Shown here: piece by piece, positions 52,330 to 64,000 of the stretch
Position numbering within the stretch: position 1 is the stretch's first letter
How the letters are laid out: the number at the start of each line of letters is the position of its first letter
Assembly: GCF_009914755.1 (NCBI RefSeq)
Contig: NC_060942.1
Direction: 5' to 3' (one strand)
Length of the DNA stretch: 64,000 nt
Source: the human T2T-CHM13v2.0 reference genome, Homo sapiens
Notes under the pieces: model-generated
Databases searched by the model: none
Seen by the model: only the letters and a program-made list of their open reading frames with translations
What the model was told of the DNA's origin: nothing
Position numbers and translations under genes: made by a program

Positions 52330-53380
52330 GTGTCGGGTAGCGCCTTCTTCATGTCTCCACTTGGATGGCTCATAGGCATTTCAAACTTTACCCATCCACT
52401 TTCAGAATTGTCAACACCGGTTTCTCTCCCATCTAATAAATGATTCATCTACTCAGTTCAGAAACCTGCAGTCACCGGGAATTCCCTTATTTCTTTCATT
52501 CTCCTCACCCGCCTCCTCCTGGAATCTGTCATTGAGTTCCTTTCCATTCAGTCTTTGCCAACTCCTGCCCCATCCTCCCTTCACACCCCAGTGCCTGGAA
52601 AGCTTCTGTAACTTCCAAACTGGCCTTCCTTCTCTAAGTCTGGTTTTGGTAGATTCCTTTCTCTACCCTACTGTTATTAAAGTTTTTTACACCATACATT
52701 GCAGGAGGTCTCCCTGTAGCTGAAAAACCGGCATAGGTTTTCAGTCCTGTTTAGAACACAACCCAAACCTCTCCCACCACAACTCCCTAACCCTGCAAAG
52801 CCCTGCATGTCCCGGCTCCTTTCTAGCCCCTTCTTCTTTTCTAGCCCCTCCTTCTTTTCTAGCACTTCCTTCTTTTCTAGCACTTCCTTCTTTTCTAGCC
52901 CCTCCTTCTTTTCTAGCCCCTCCTTCTTTTCTAGCCCCTCCTTCTCCTCACACAGGCACAGCCTCGCTAAGCTCCGGCCTCACTGGGTGTTTTGGGTTCT
53001 TGAAATTTTTCAGTTCTTTCCCACTTTGAGGATTTTGCATTTGCTTGTGTCTCCTGCCTGAGAAGTATTTCCCTGTAACTTTCACTTGCTTGGCTTCTCT
53101 TCATTCTTTGGGTATTTTCTTTAGAGAAGATTTCTGAGTTCACTCCAACTGGAGTAAATGCCCCGGTTGCTTTCTGGCCCATCGCCCCACTTATTTCCCT
53201 GAAAGCACTAACCATAGTCTGAAAATGTTTTAGTTACCTATTCACATATTTGTCTGCTGTCTATTTCCTACTGTCTAGTACATTCAAGGTCAAGATCTGT
53301 CTTGTTTAATTTATATTCCTAATTCTTAGCACAGTGCCTGGCACACAGAAGATACCTGAAACATATTTATCGAATGGATG
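52330..53380 (+). mobile_element. L2 fragment of about 1 kb
   Basis: 'tctccacttggatggctcataggcatttcaaact' through 'cttagcacagtgcctggcacaca...tatttatcgaatggatg'. Confidence 0.75.
52821..52946. repeat. 18-bp minisatellite, 7 copies
   Basis: Unit ttctagcccctccttctt, with variant ttctagcacttccttctt in copies 3 and 4. Confidence 0.95.
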
Positions 53381-54050
53381 TCTCTAATAAATTTTGATGA
53401 AGAGAGTTGAGTGTGTACATGTGGGGTGTGTGCATGTAATGAAGAAGTTAAAGGAAGGAAGCCATATTCTACATAGGAGTAGGAGAAGAGATGGGAAAGC
53501 TTGGCATTAGCATTGCAAAAAGACAGGTCAGCTGAGGGGCTGCCAACACAGGACCGATCCCTGAAGCCTGGGTCAATGCAGAGATCAGAGGACTCCGCCT
53601 TATAACCCTGGCAGATTGCCGGAGACCAGTCAAGTATGTACTGATTGGCGCCTAGGAAAACAGCACAATGTACTCATTCACATAGAAAAAATAAGAGAAT
53701 CACAGCTCCAGGGTAAAACAGAGCATGGATCTTCAAAGCATCATATGATGCGGCTGAGGTCACATCACATTCAATAAATGGAACAAAACTTCCACTTCCA
53801 CGTGTAAACAAACATGTGAATTCCTAGGATCGAATTCACCATCCCCATAATCTGCAATTTAATTTTACAAATTAAAGATAGAGCTTAAGGGACACATTTA
53901 CCAGCTCCCAATAGATAGTGGGATGAAGCCCCATGGATGAGAATTTGACACAAGCCCTTGGACTGCACAGTGCTCAAATTGGGAGAAGAAAGTACATTTC
54001 TTTCTCAGTGAGTGAAAAGAAACTCACTGCCTTGGTCAAAACTTGACTGT

Positions 54051-54368
54051 GGCCGGATGCAGTGGCTCACGCTTGCAATCTCAGCACTTTGGGAGGCCGA
54101 GGCAGGCGGATCATGAGGTCAGGAGTTCAAGACCAGCCTGGCCAACACAGTGAAACTCCATCTCTACTAATTTTGTAAAAATACAAAAATTAGCTGGGAG
54201 CAGTGGCGGGCACCTGTAATCCCCAGCTACTCAGGAGGCTGAGGCAGGAGAATTGCTTGAACCCAGGAGGCAGAGGCTGCAGTGAGCTGAGATCGAGATC
54301 GCACCACTCACTGCACCCCAGCCTGGGCGACAGAGCTAGATTCCATCACAAAAAACAAACAAACGAAC
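54051..54368 (+). mobile_element. AluSg-like with micro-insertions
   Basis: 'ggatcatgaggtcaggagttc'; (CAAA)n tail. Confidence 0.92.
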
Positions 54369-54429
54369 AGCCCTGACTTTAGGAGGCATGCAGGTAAAGT
54401 CGTTAAGCACATGGGCTCAATGAATAGCA

Positions 54430-54650
54430 ATAACAGTAATGCCAGATAGCATTTCACGAGCACTTGCCATGTGCCAGATACTGCATTAGCCTACTTCCAC
54501 GCACTCTCTCGCTTTAAACTCATAACACTTCTATGAGGTAGGCATGATTTTTGCTCCATTTTCATAGCAGAAAAACATGAAGTTAAGAGATGCTTATTAT
54601 TATGCTTTAGATCATACAGCAAGTGTGGAAGGTGGGATTTAACTTCTTAC
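54430..54650 (-). mobile_element. MIR
   Basis: 'gagcacttgccatgtgccag...ctatgaggtagg...ccattttcatag'. Confidence 0.75.
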
Positions 54651-57600
54651 CTATTAACATTTAGAGTTAGAACTTCATTATCCCTTTTGATTTGCAAGGA
54701 AACCTCATCACTGGGTAAAAGGACTTAGCCTCTGCCTGGGAAGTAAAAAAAAAATGTACAAGGACATTCTTGATCCTACCAATTTCTGGGAAAAATATAT
54801 CCTCTGAATTTATACCACACAGCATTTAATATATGATGCTGTAATTGTTTTTTGGTTTGCCCATTAGAATGCAATCAACCTTAGGCCCTTGCAGTAGTCT
54901 CTCATCCCTAGTCCTTAACACAGTGTCTGCATCTCAGCTGAAGGCAGAGGTTAGAGCTCGTTCTGAAACACTGATCTGTGAAAGTTTTTAAAAATTTGAT
55001 TATTTCAGCCTTCCATTTGTATTAACTTGTTTACCAAAACAACTTATAGCCATTTCTGAGTAAACATTTTAAAGACGATCTTGCGTTGTAGTTTCAAAGG
55101 AGGATCCATGAATAAACCTGACATGGACTGTCAGGGACTGTTTCCAGTTAAAAATGGCTGTCTTGAAAGAGTCCGAAGAAGCTATTTACAATTCTAAGAG
55201 AATAATGGTAACTTTAAACACTATTTAATTTTAAAGCATTGTCAATAAAACAACTGAGAAATTGGGGAAGAAGAAAATAAAAACAAAAGAAGAGAGAGAA
55301 ATTGATTCTATCTTGGAACTGTCACGTGGGGGAAATTTCAAAACAGGATATTGAAGGTTTTAGAAAATTCATCATGCTCATTACTCCCATTTTCAGGTAA
55401 AATGCAAACTAGATGCCAGCAGGCTTTTAAAACACCATTTTATGTGTCTAATAGGCCAGAACTATTGAAGCAAATCAGATCTCTCATTTTAATATGCATT
55501 TACACATTTAAAAATTTATATTATTGACTATGTTGAATGCCGTGACTTCTGGAGAACCATTATGGCTCACAGGATAGCTTTTTATTTGGCATTGTATCAA
55601 TTTAGAGCTCAGAATGTCATGATCTTAATGCAGATAGGAAGTATGCATGTGAGAAGTGGTATGGAGAGAAAGGTAAGGTGCACATGCAGTTGGCAATTTT
55701 CAAATGTCATCATTTTAGCCCTAAAAAAAAAGAAGAGAATGTTCTGCTCCCTGGTCTGTGCCAGGCACTTCCTCTTGCACGCCCTGCACTTCTCCTTTGC
55801 TTGCTGCAGTGCTGTAGAGTGTGGAGGACTATTTGCCCCACATGTAAATATCACATGGAGCTAATTTACATTGTAGACTGTGGGTCCAAGAGGGAGAAAC
55901 ACTTAATTTTATTAATAGAGTAGATTTTAAATCTCTCCACAGGAGGCCATAGAATACCCCAAAGGCTAATCTATGCTATGGAGAGATGGCAAATCAGAAA
56001 AGCCCCAGTGCGTTTTTTCCCACCTCAGAATCTGCTCCCAGTGAAAGCTACTACTAGGCCGATTGGCTTTGAGCATCCTCTGTTTGAACACTGGAATTGT
56101 TCTACACCGGATGTACAAATACCTTAAGCCCCTGAGGTTTACAATAGGAATGCTAATGCATGGCGTAAGCCCCTCTGAAACAAACAGAGCTGGGATAATA
56201 ATTTTGTAACCTCATGTTGACATAACCCACCAGCTTGCTGAAGAGCCCCTTCATGTAGAGGAAACAGAGAAACTATAATGATTTTCAGATACAGTTGACA
56301 AGAGACCATTTAGTAAACTTTTATTTTTTTTTAACTAACAGTATGCAGGGATGTTGTATTCTAGGCTGCTACTAATAATCTCATCAGAATGCAAAAGCAG
56401 CGACTGTGTTATAAAACCAATGATCTGTTATATTCTGCAAGAATTTACAAAAGCCTAATGTCATTTACTACACCATGAGAACCATACTTGGATAAAAAAA
56501 AATAAAACACAACAGAATTCAAAAACTGATTACAGCTGACGAAAAAATAAACTATGTGCGAATGTAATGCTTTAAAGGTATAACATACCACAGTTAAAGA
56601 CAGGAAGGAGTGATGACTTCAGAAGGGAAGGAATTGGCATGTGGGAAGGTAGGAATGTGCTACAACACTTAGGACACTTTGGAATCAGGGCATCCATTCA
56701 AGGCCAGGAGTCACCTGGTCAGTGCTAAATATGTGTTACTGGCTCAGGCTGCAGGAAACTTGCAAGCTCAAAAGAGTTTCCTTTTTTATTCTTCACTTTT
56801 TCAGCAGCATTTTTGACAAAAGCATATCTGTAGCAGTTTTAAATACGGAGTTTAAATGTTTTAAAAAGGAAGAACTCTTTTCAGGGACATTTGCAATAAA
56901 GTCAACTGAAAAGTCAGTGGCAGGGATGTCAGGATGTCTATGTAGCTGGGACACAGACAGCCTTATCCCCGTCTCAGCTGGTACCCTGTGATAGGTTGAA
57001 GAACAGAAGCAAATTTCACGGAGCCCATCATGCTCCATGCTCTCAAAGGTTTCATGGATTCAATTCTGGCAGTCTATGGCATCTTAATTTTAAAAATTAC
57101 TTTCTTTGATGCCCAAAGCAAATTTTTCTGCATTTTGTTCAGTGGTTTTAAAAAATAGCTTTCAGAAGGATATCTACCTTTTTGCCTATCTATTTATCTA
57201 TCTGTCTAATCAAATCTGTCTCTATCTACCTGTCTGCCTATCTATTGAGAGTGAGAAACTTTGATGTTCTTGCAATTTCTATAATCTTTGGAAGAAATTT
57301 ATTTATTCTTTCCTTTCAAACTCAGTCAGTTGGAAGCATGTTTATCTCCAGGATGGACTTGGCAGAATGTGAGAAACACAGGGTCCTTAACACTAAAAGG
57401 CATTTTTTACAGCATTGTTAACCAGCTTTCAGCAGATTCCCTGCAGCATTTGTATTCCTGGATGTCCTTGAAGGTACAATTGGTCTTGCAAACTTGCAGG
57501 GAGTCATTTGGAAGTGTTGACTTAGGCGCCTGTAAGACATCTGGTAATAATGAAGATGGAGCTTTTAATGCTTTGGGATTTTATGAATGAGTTATAGTAC

Positions 57601-58579
57601 AGTCACTGATGAATCATTAAAGTACATCTCTACAGGAGGAGATTGCCCATATTTCTTGACTGCTGGGAAGTTGCACATATTGTTAGTTGTCCAGAAAGAA
57701 AGTGAGATCTGCTAAGTCTGAATTCCCTGCAGAGCAGCTAGTTTGAGAACCAAATGAAAGTAGCATTACATTTCAGGAAAGCCTTGCTCACCAGAGAGAT
57801 GTATGTTTTATAAGAGAGCTAGGTCTGTTTATTAGTGAGCCTGAATCGCACAGGGTGATGGTCAAATGTGAAGAACAGGCTCTCTGCCTCTGCTCATGCC
57901 ACTGCCTTTCCTGCTGAATGACTGGAGGAGTTACTGTCTGTCTGGTGACCTTCCTCAAGAACAGCCCCAGTGCGCCCCTCTTCATAATGTTCCCTAATCT
58001 TCATAGGTAAAATTAATGAATTCTCTGTTATATGCCTGCAACATTATACATATAATTATCTTAGATCTCTTAACTGTCTTATAGTATACCCATAAATGTA
58101 CTTATTTATTGGTTTATCCTAGTAGACTATTAGCGCCTCAATAATTATTATTTTCCATTCACAACATACAGATGAGGTCCTACCACATCATAGGTATCTA
58201 ATAAATGTTTAGCAAATAAATAATTACAAAAGAATTTAAGTAAAAATCAAGCTTATAGGAAGAGATAAGAAAACAATATCAACAATTTAATAAGTCTGAC
58301 TGACTGTGAATCACCTAAGAAGTAGGTTTACAAGATTCCTGTCCTCCATAAGGAAGAAAAAATTTAAAAATAAACATCTTTTTCTTCATTCCAAAATTCT
58401 GTTGTGTTACACCTGAGGGACAGGTCCTTTTCTCAGTCTAATAGGTAATCAACAATTTAGACATTGGAAGCAAAAAGTTTCATTTGTTCTCATTAAGATA
58501 ATATCTATACACACAAGAAAATTATTGGTCTTCTTTGAAAACTGTGAGTTTGAAAAGAGCGTTGTAAATAGATTTAGTA

Positions 58580-60010
58580 ATTTCTTTGTTTAACACATTT
58601 GCATCTGCTATGTGCCCAGCCCTATATTAGGTATTGAGGGTTCAGGGATGAACTAAGCTGATCTGGTTCCTGCTCTCTAGGCTGTAGAAGATGGCAAGTG
58701 CTGTGGACTTCAAAGAAAAGATTTCTGAAGTGTCATGTTATGACAATTGTGGTAAGTGCTACGCTTGAAACAGTTAGGTACTTTGATAGCATTCAAGATG
58801 GGATTCTGACCTGGAGAGGAGATATCTTCACTGAAGAAGTGATAATTAAACAGAAACTAGAAAGATGGTGGTGATGTGAGCACAGGGGCCTTTAGGGACA
58901 GTGTGATGAAAAGCAAGGTGATACAGGCAGACAAACAGCATATCTGCACATGAGCCTGGTCCATTTGAGGAAGGCAAGGATGGGGATAGGCAGTGAAACT
59001 CCAATACAGTGAGTGAGGGTGAGTATGACGTGAACTGAGAATAGAAATTTGGGCAGGCAGCACTTTGCAAGGCTGAGGCAGGGGAATCACTTGAGGTCAG
59101 GAGTTTGAAACCAGCCTGGCCAACATGGTGAAACCCTGTCTCTACTAAAAATACAAAAATTAGCCAGGCATGGTGGTGGGCACCTGTAATCCCAGCTACT
59201 TGGGAGGCTGAGGGACTTGAACCCAGGAGGTGTGAACCTCCACTTGAACCCAGGAGGTGGAGGTTGCAGTGAGCCGAGATTGCGCCACTGTACTCTAGCC
59301 TGGGCAACACAGCAAGACTGCAAAAAAAAAAAAAAAAAAAAAAAAAAAGAAAGTTGGGCAGGATCATTTCTTTCAAGGGATGAAAGGCCATGCTAGGGAT
59401 GTGACAATGGATAAGACCATGGGCAACATGTATCCCATACAAATGCAGCTCTAAGCAAAGTCCCTAGCTACCTTCTTCCAATCAGACAGCCACTCTACTC
59501 CTGCACATCTATCCCTTTGTATATAACAAATCCAGCGCTGCAAAAGGAATTGGAAATTGTGGGATAATTTTAAGAAAGAAAATGATATTCAAATTTGAGT
59601 TTTTGGGAGATTTCTCTAACGATCATTCTGAGAACATGGCAGAGGAGAGAAAGGGTCTGAGTAGAGAGAAAGTGAAGAAGTGAGGGATGGCTCACACTGG
59701 GGTGGTTGAGAGGGAGATGAGTAGAGGGAAATTGGTCAATTAGTGGTATATTTTGAAAGAATAATCAACAAATATGGACGTCAAGGATGATTGCCAAGGT
59801 TCTGTCATGAGCATATGAGTGACTACTGAGCCAGTTATTAAAGCAGAAACACTTGAGAAAGAATAGTTCGGGATGGAAACAGTAAGTTTGGTTTTTGAAA
59901 TTGTGTTGTTTGAGATACCTGTGGAACATCCAAGTAGAGGGATCAAGAGAGAAGTGGGACATAAATTGAAAGAATGAGAATAGAAATTAGCATGGAAACA
60001 GGAATTTAGG
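58580..60010 (-). mobile_element. L2 fragments interrupted by an Alu
   Basis: 'ctatgtgcccagc...ggttcctgctctc' and 'gtcaaggatga...tttgagatacctgtggaacatccaagtagag'. Confidence 0.7.
59058..59347 (+). mobile_element. AluSx-like, 5'-truncated, internally rearranged
   Basis: TSD agaaa(t/g)ttgggcagg at 59043-59057 and 59348-59362. Confidence 0.93.
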
Positions 60011-60539
60011 AATGATAGACTTATAGAGAAAAATACAAGAACTATTGCTAGAAATTAGAGTATTAACACAGCTTCTTCTTTGGATCATAATAGACAGTGA
60101 AGGGGAGAAAGGAGAAATATGAGATATTCTCTAAGAAGTGATAGAGGTAGTTTTACCTTGTTTTTACATGTTACTAAAAATATATTTGTTGATTTTTTTT
60201 GGTCATAACACGTTTTGGCCCTTTCCTGTCTATTGTTGGCTGCATTTTAATGATATTTACAGTGTGTTTTACATTGAACTAACACTAGCAAGTACAAGAC
60301 TTCTCCCATTTTTCTGGAGATCATACAATACAAAAACCATTAGAAAAGTATAAAAGTCATTCTTAAATGGTTGGACATGGATAATCAATGAAATATCCAT
60401 TTGGAAAAGTAAGAGAAGTGTCAGAGCTAGATATATATGGAAATCAAGTAACTGTATGCATGCGCGTCTCTATTGCTCTGTGGGTATATATATATGTATA
60501 TACACACATATACATGCACAGAATCACTAAGTCACATGT

Positions 60540-60650
60540 TATCACTTTATATATTGATGATGAAGTTCAGAGAGGTTATGTGATAGCACATGGTTAGCAA
60601 GTGGCTGAAGGCAGGCTTGAAATCTCTAGACTCAGAGTTCTTTCTACTTT
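60540..60650 (-). mobile_element. MIR fragment
   Basis: 'tgaagttcagagaggttatgtga...gttagcaagtggc'. Confidence 0.6.
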
Positions 60651-62119
60651 ATTCCTTCTAAGTGAAATAGCCAACATCAGCAGGTCCTCATGCACGTTAA
60701 GCACCTTCGTCTTTATCACAGGTCTCTGAGGTTAGCAGATTTACAGTGTGGTACATAAAGTGAGGTCTTCTGACTGCTACTTGTATCCCACACTCAATGA
60801 ACATTCTGAGCACATGCAGAGCTGGCCTTGGGCTTGTACTGAATCTGTGCATGGAAGTTATGGAATTGAAGAGTCAGGGAGTGCTCTTCATGAGGTGCAT
60901 TCTGATAACAGTGAAAGCATAGACAGAAGGACCTGGGCCAGCATACTTACAGTGGAACACATCAAGATGATCGCCACCTTCCAAAGGCTCAGCCTTTAAA
61001 TGTCACATGCCTAAGTGAAACTTCTCTCCTGGGGTTAAATTTTTAAGAACATGGGAATGAGTAGATTCACTAAGTATATGGAGCAAGATACGTAGGAGAC
61101 TAGGAAGGAAAACCAGAAGAAAAGGAAACCAACACTGTTCAAGTTTAAGGAACTTTGGAAGGTGAAAGTGTAGGGCAGATGAGAGAATAATAATGATGAT
61201 GTTGATAGTGATGATGACAGGAAGGAAGAGGAGGACCCAGTACATTCATACAATATATTTATGTTTTAAATCATCTGCTCACTGTTGACCTAGCATCATG
61301 CTGCTGGTAGTTAGGATGCATTTACAGTATTAGCCTTTGCTTTCTGCAGTGTACATGGCTAGCCCCATGTGACTGTGGGTGTTAGACTCACTAGGATGAG
61401 AGCAGGGCCATGGTATCCCTCATACTGTATTCCCTGAAGGAAAGCAGGTCTGGCTGTCTTCCACTGGAAAACAGATTTCTCCCAGAATGAGTTCATTTTA
61501 GCTGTCAGCAATGGAGTATCTAAGCATCTTTCTTTGTATGCAACATTGCCGGCAGGATGCCCACCCACCTCCACAGGGGATAAGAATCCCCAATGGGGGA
61601 GAAAAGGCTGCTTCCAAGTGAGTGAAGCAGCTGTTGTTTTACACAGAAATGTCAAAAGCACAAGCAAATTTCTCATCACCAATTGGTGGTGTCATGGCCA
61701 AGAAAATACTTCGTGATTGTTATGTGGTTTTGGGAGAAGCAACTGGTTTTATGAGATTTACGTTATAGGTATAAACTACATCTGAAAAGTAAACCCTTCA
61801 TTACAATTTATTTTACTGCTAATGATAGAATTTGAATCTGAGATGTGGAAGGTGAGATTCAATTAGCCACGTATCTTTGAAACTTAAAAAATCATGTTAC
61901 CTTTTATTTACTGTTTTTAGTAGTTGAATGAGTATAAATATGTCCAGTGATTCTGAATATTAAAAATTATGTGATCTTTTAATAATATATTTCTAGTATG
62001 TAAAATTTTGTCATTTCCCAAAATGAGTCTCAAATATCAAGCATTTAAGGCAGTTTTCCAAATGCAAAGAAATATAAGCCATATGTCATTGTGTCCTTAT
62101 ACTGACCTTTAATTTATTT

Positions 62120-62270
62120 ATATGTTTATCTGCCCACCTGTCTGTAATCTGTCCATTCACCTATGCATCCATCCATCGTTTAACAGCTATTGATTAAAGA
62201 CCTCTGTAGCTGATACACTGTATTAGACATTATAGGACATTGAAAGTGACATAACTCCTGTTCTGTGTCT
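62120..62270 (-). mobile_element. L2 3'-end fragment
   Basis: 'catccatccatc...tattga...cactgtattagac' pattern. Confidence 0.5.
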
Positions 62271-64000
62271 TTTAGATGCTTCAAACTATGTTGACTATTC
62301 ATTTACAGCATAAAGAAGAGTGAGCCACTTTATCACTGCAGTAATTATATTTTAAAAATAAAGAAAATAAAACAAATGGAGTTTCCCACCCAATCCATGG
62401 AGACACAGACACGAAGTCTTACTATAGATGTGTGGCCAATCCTTACATTGCTTTTATTACAAGCCTGGAAATGACAATAAAATACATGAACTTGAGAGTA
62501 TATAAAGGCTGTAAGTTAGCCATAATTTAGATTATAAGAAAATTGGATAGTAGTTCAACATAAAGAAATGAAATCTAACATATGATGTTATGTTCCGCAC
62601 TGTAAATATCTCTGGTGTATATCTTGATTACCTGATTATGATAAAAGTAACAAGATAACTTGTTATCACGTTATCTGATAACTAGTTAACATGTCAGTAT
62701 AGTAAATGATCAAAAACTGTTTTAGAAATTGCACCTGGGGTTGAAATATTTTGAGTTGGTAGCTTCTTCAGTGGTCATAGCTCTCAGCACCCAGTTAAAA
62801 AAACAGAGGCCAGGTGGGACTGGCTGGAAGAGGACCCCCATCCAGGTCATCAGAGCTCTTTCAACACTGCCTCTTGCAAAGCTATTTTATGCAACATGTT
62901 TCACTGCCAAGAGCAAATAAGAAAACTGACCTTAGCCTAAGCTGGTGCATAAGAATCTTGTTTTAAAGCTCAACCTTCTGCATTTTTTCAAACTTCCTTT
63001 CTCCACCCCACTCTGCTTCTTATCCAAACCCTTTTCCCTTCCCATCACTCATTTCCTAAATAGGACGCCTTATACCTTCACGTCAATATGCACTGCGAGA
63101 GCTTCCTTATCTCCCATTTAACTGTGTTCAATCAACGTAGTTTTTTAACTTAAAGTAATAGTTCTGATAGGATTCATAGGTTATCTTGGGCTAAAACAAC
63201 AGCTAAATTTGGCTCATGGGAGAGTAAATCTTGGGTTTTGTTTTAAATGGCTAATTATTTTACTTAGTCTGCGTAGGCCTTGAACTCTAGGCATGTGTGC
63301 CACAAATACCAATAATAGATAGAGCATGTCAGATTTTCCAGAATTCAGGGGAAATGCTTTTATTCAATTTTGTACAATGATCAAAAGTGTTGACATCTTA
63401 GTCACATAAACCCATGCTCTGGACACTGCATGCACACAAACACAGGAGCTCAAGCCCATCCACCTCTTCTCATTTTATTCTTTCCCCAGCTTAGCATGCC
63501 CATCTCACTATGGTTCCAGAGCCCACAAGAGTGCATGTCCTGTTTTCCCTCTGTTTCACCTACAGATCACATGGGTTCTACTGGAAGATATTTTCCCAAA
63601 TGAATACTCATAAAGTTGCCACAAGATCTTCCCATTCGACAACCTCTGAGTGATTTTCTTTCTTAAAAAAGAAAAAGGAGGAGCTTTAATAGCTGCTTTA
63701 AGTTTACTTTCCCTGGATTCTTAATTATATTAAATACCCATATATTTCCTCCCTGAGTATTCATTTAGAAAGAAGGTTTTGTAATAGTCACATTTAATTT
63801 ATCAGGGTGTAATAATTTGTGTTTCCCAATCATCTTGCCGACTTTGGTTCATTATACTATTGTTTCACATGAGTAAGTTAGCAAAGTTTGGATTGATTGA
63901 CTCTAATTAACTAAAACTGGTTCCAGGCTGTGCATCTATTGTCATGGTAGCTAGCCGCAAAGCCCTAAACTGCTCAGCAATGTGATATAAGGTAATATTG

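Noticed and set aside
52821-52946. CRISPR-like array or repeat protein (LEKKEG/FFSSPS)
   Set aside because: Head-to-tail repeats without unique spacers, in primate DNA with no cas genes; the ORFs merely read through the minisatellite.
58846-59442. 198-aa ORF and other Alu-spanning ORFs (e.g. 20093-20581, 44261-44647)
   Set aside because: Typical Alu-derived translations with no evidence of being genes.

Overview
This is AT-rich hominoid (most likely human) intronic or intergenic DNA dominated by transposable elements; I recognise no host protein-coding exon, RNA gene or CRISPR array. The main feature is a full-length, minus-strand, non-Ta L1PA2/L1PA3-type LINE-1 (2410-8459) with a 14-bp target-site duplication (TSD). 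Its ORF1 and ORF2 are disrupted, but its 5'UTR and 71-aa antisense ORF0 are intact, and it inserted into the TSD of an older Alu. The window also holds about a dozen Alus, a two-LTR MST (ERVL-MaLR) provirus, several solo MaLR LTRs, and L2, MIR, L1M and MER5 fossils. The observations most worth checking are: an RTE-clade LINE fossil whose reading frame is missing from the ORF track, a perfect 27-bp-arm palindrome, a possible L1 antisense ORF0-to-Alu splice route, a DUX4 motif in a THE1 LTR, a dense GATA cluster, a candidate 48-nt exon and several template-switch scars. The sequence alone does not support a new biological system. Subfamily calls come from recalled consensus sequences, and boundaries of old repeats are approximate.
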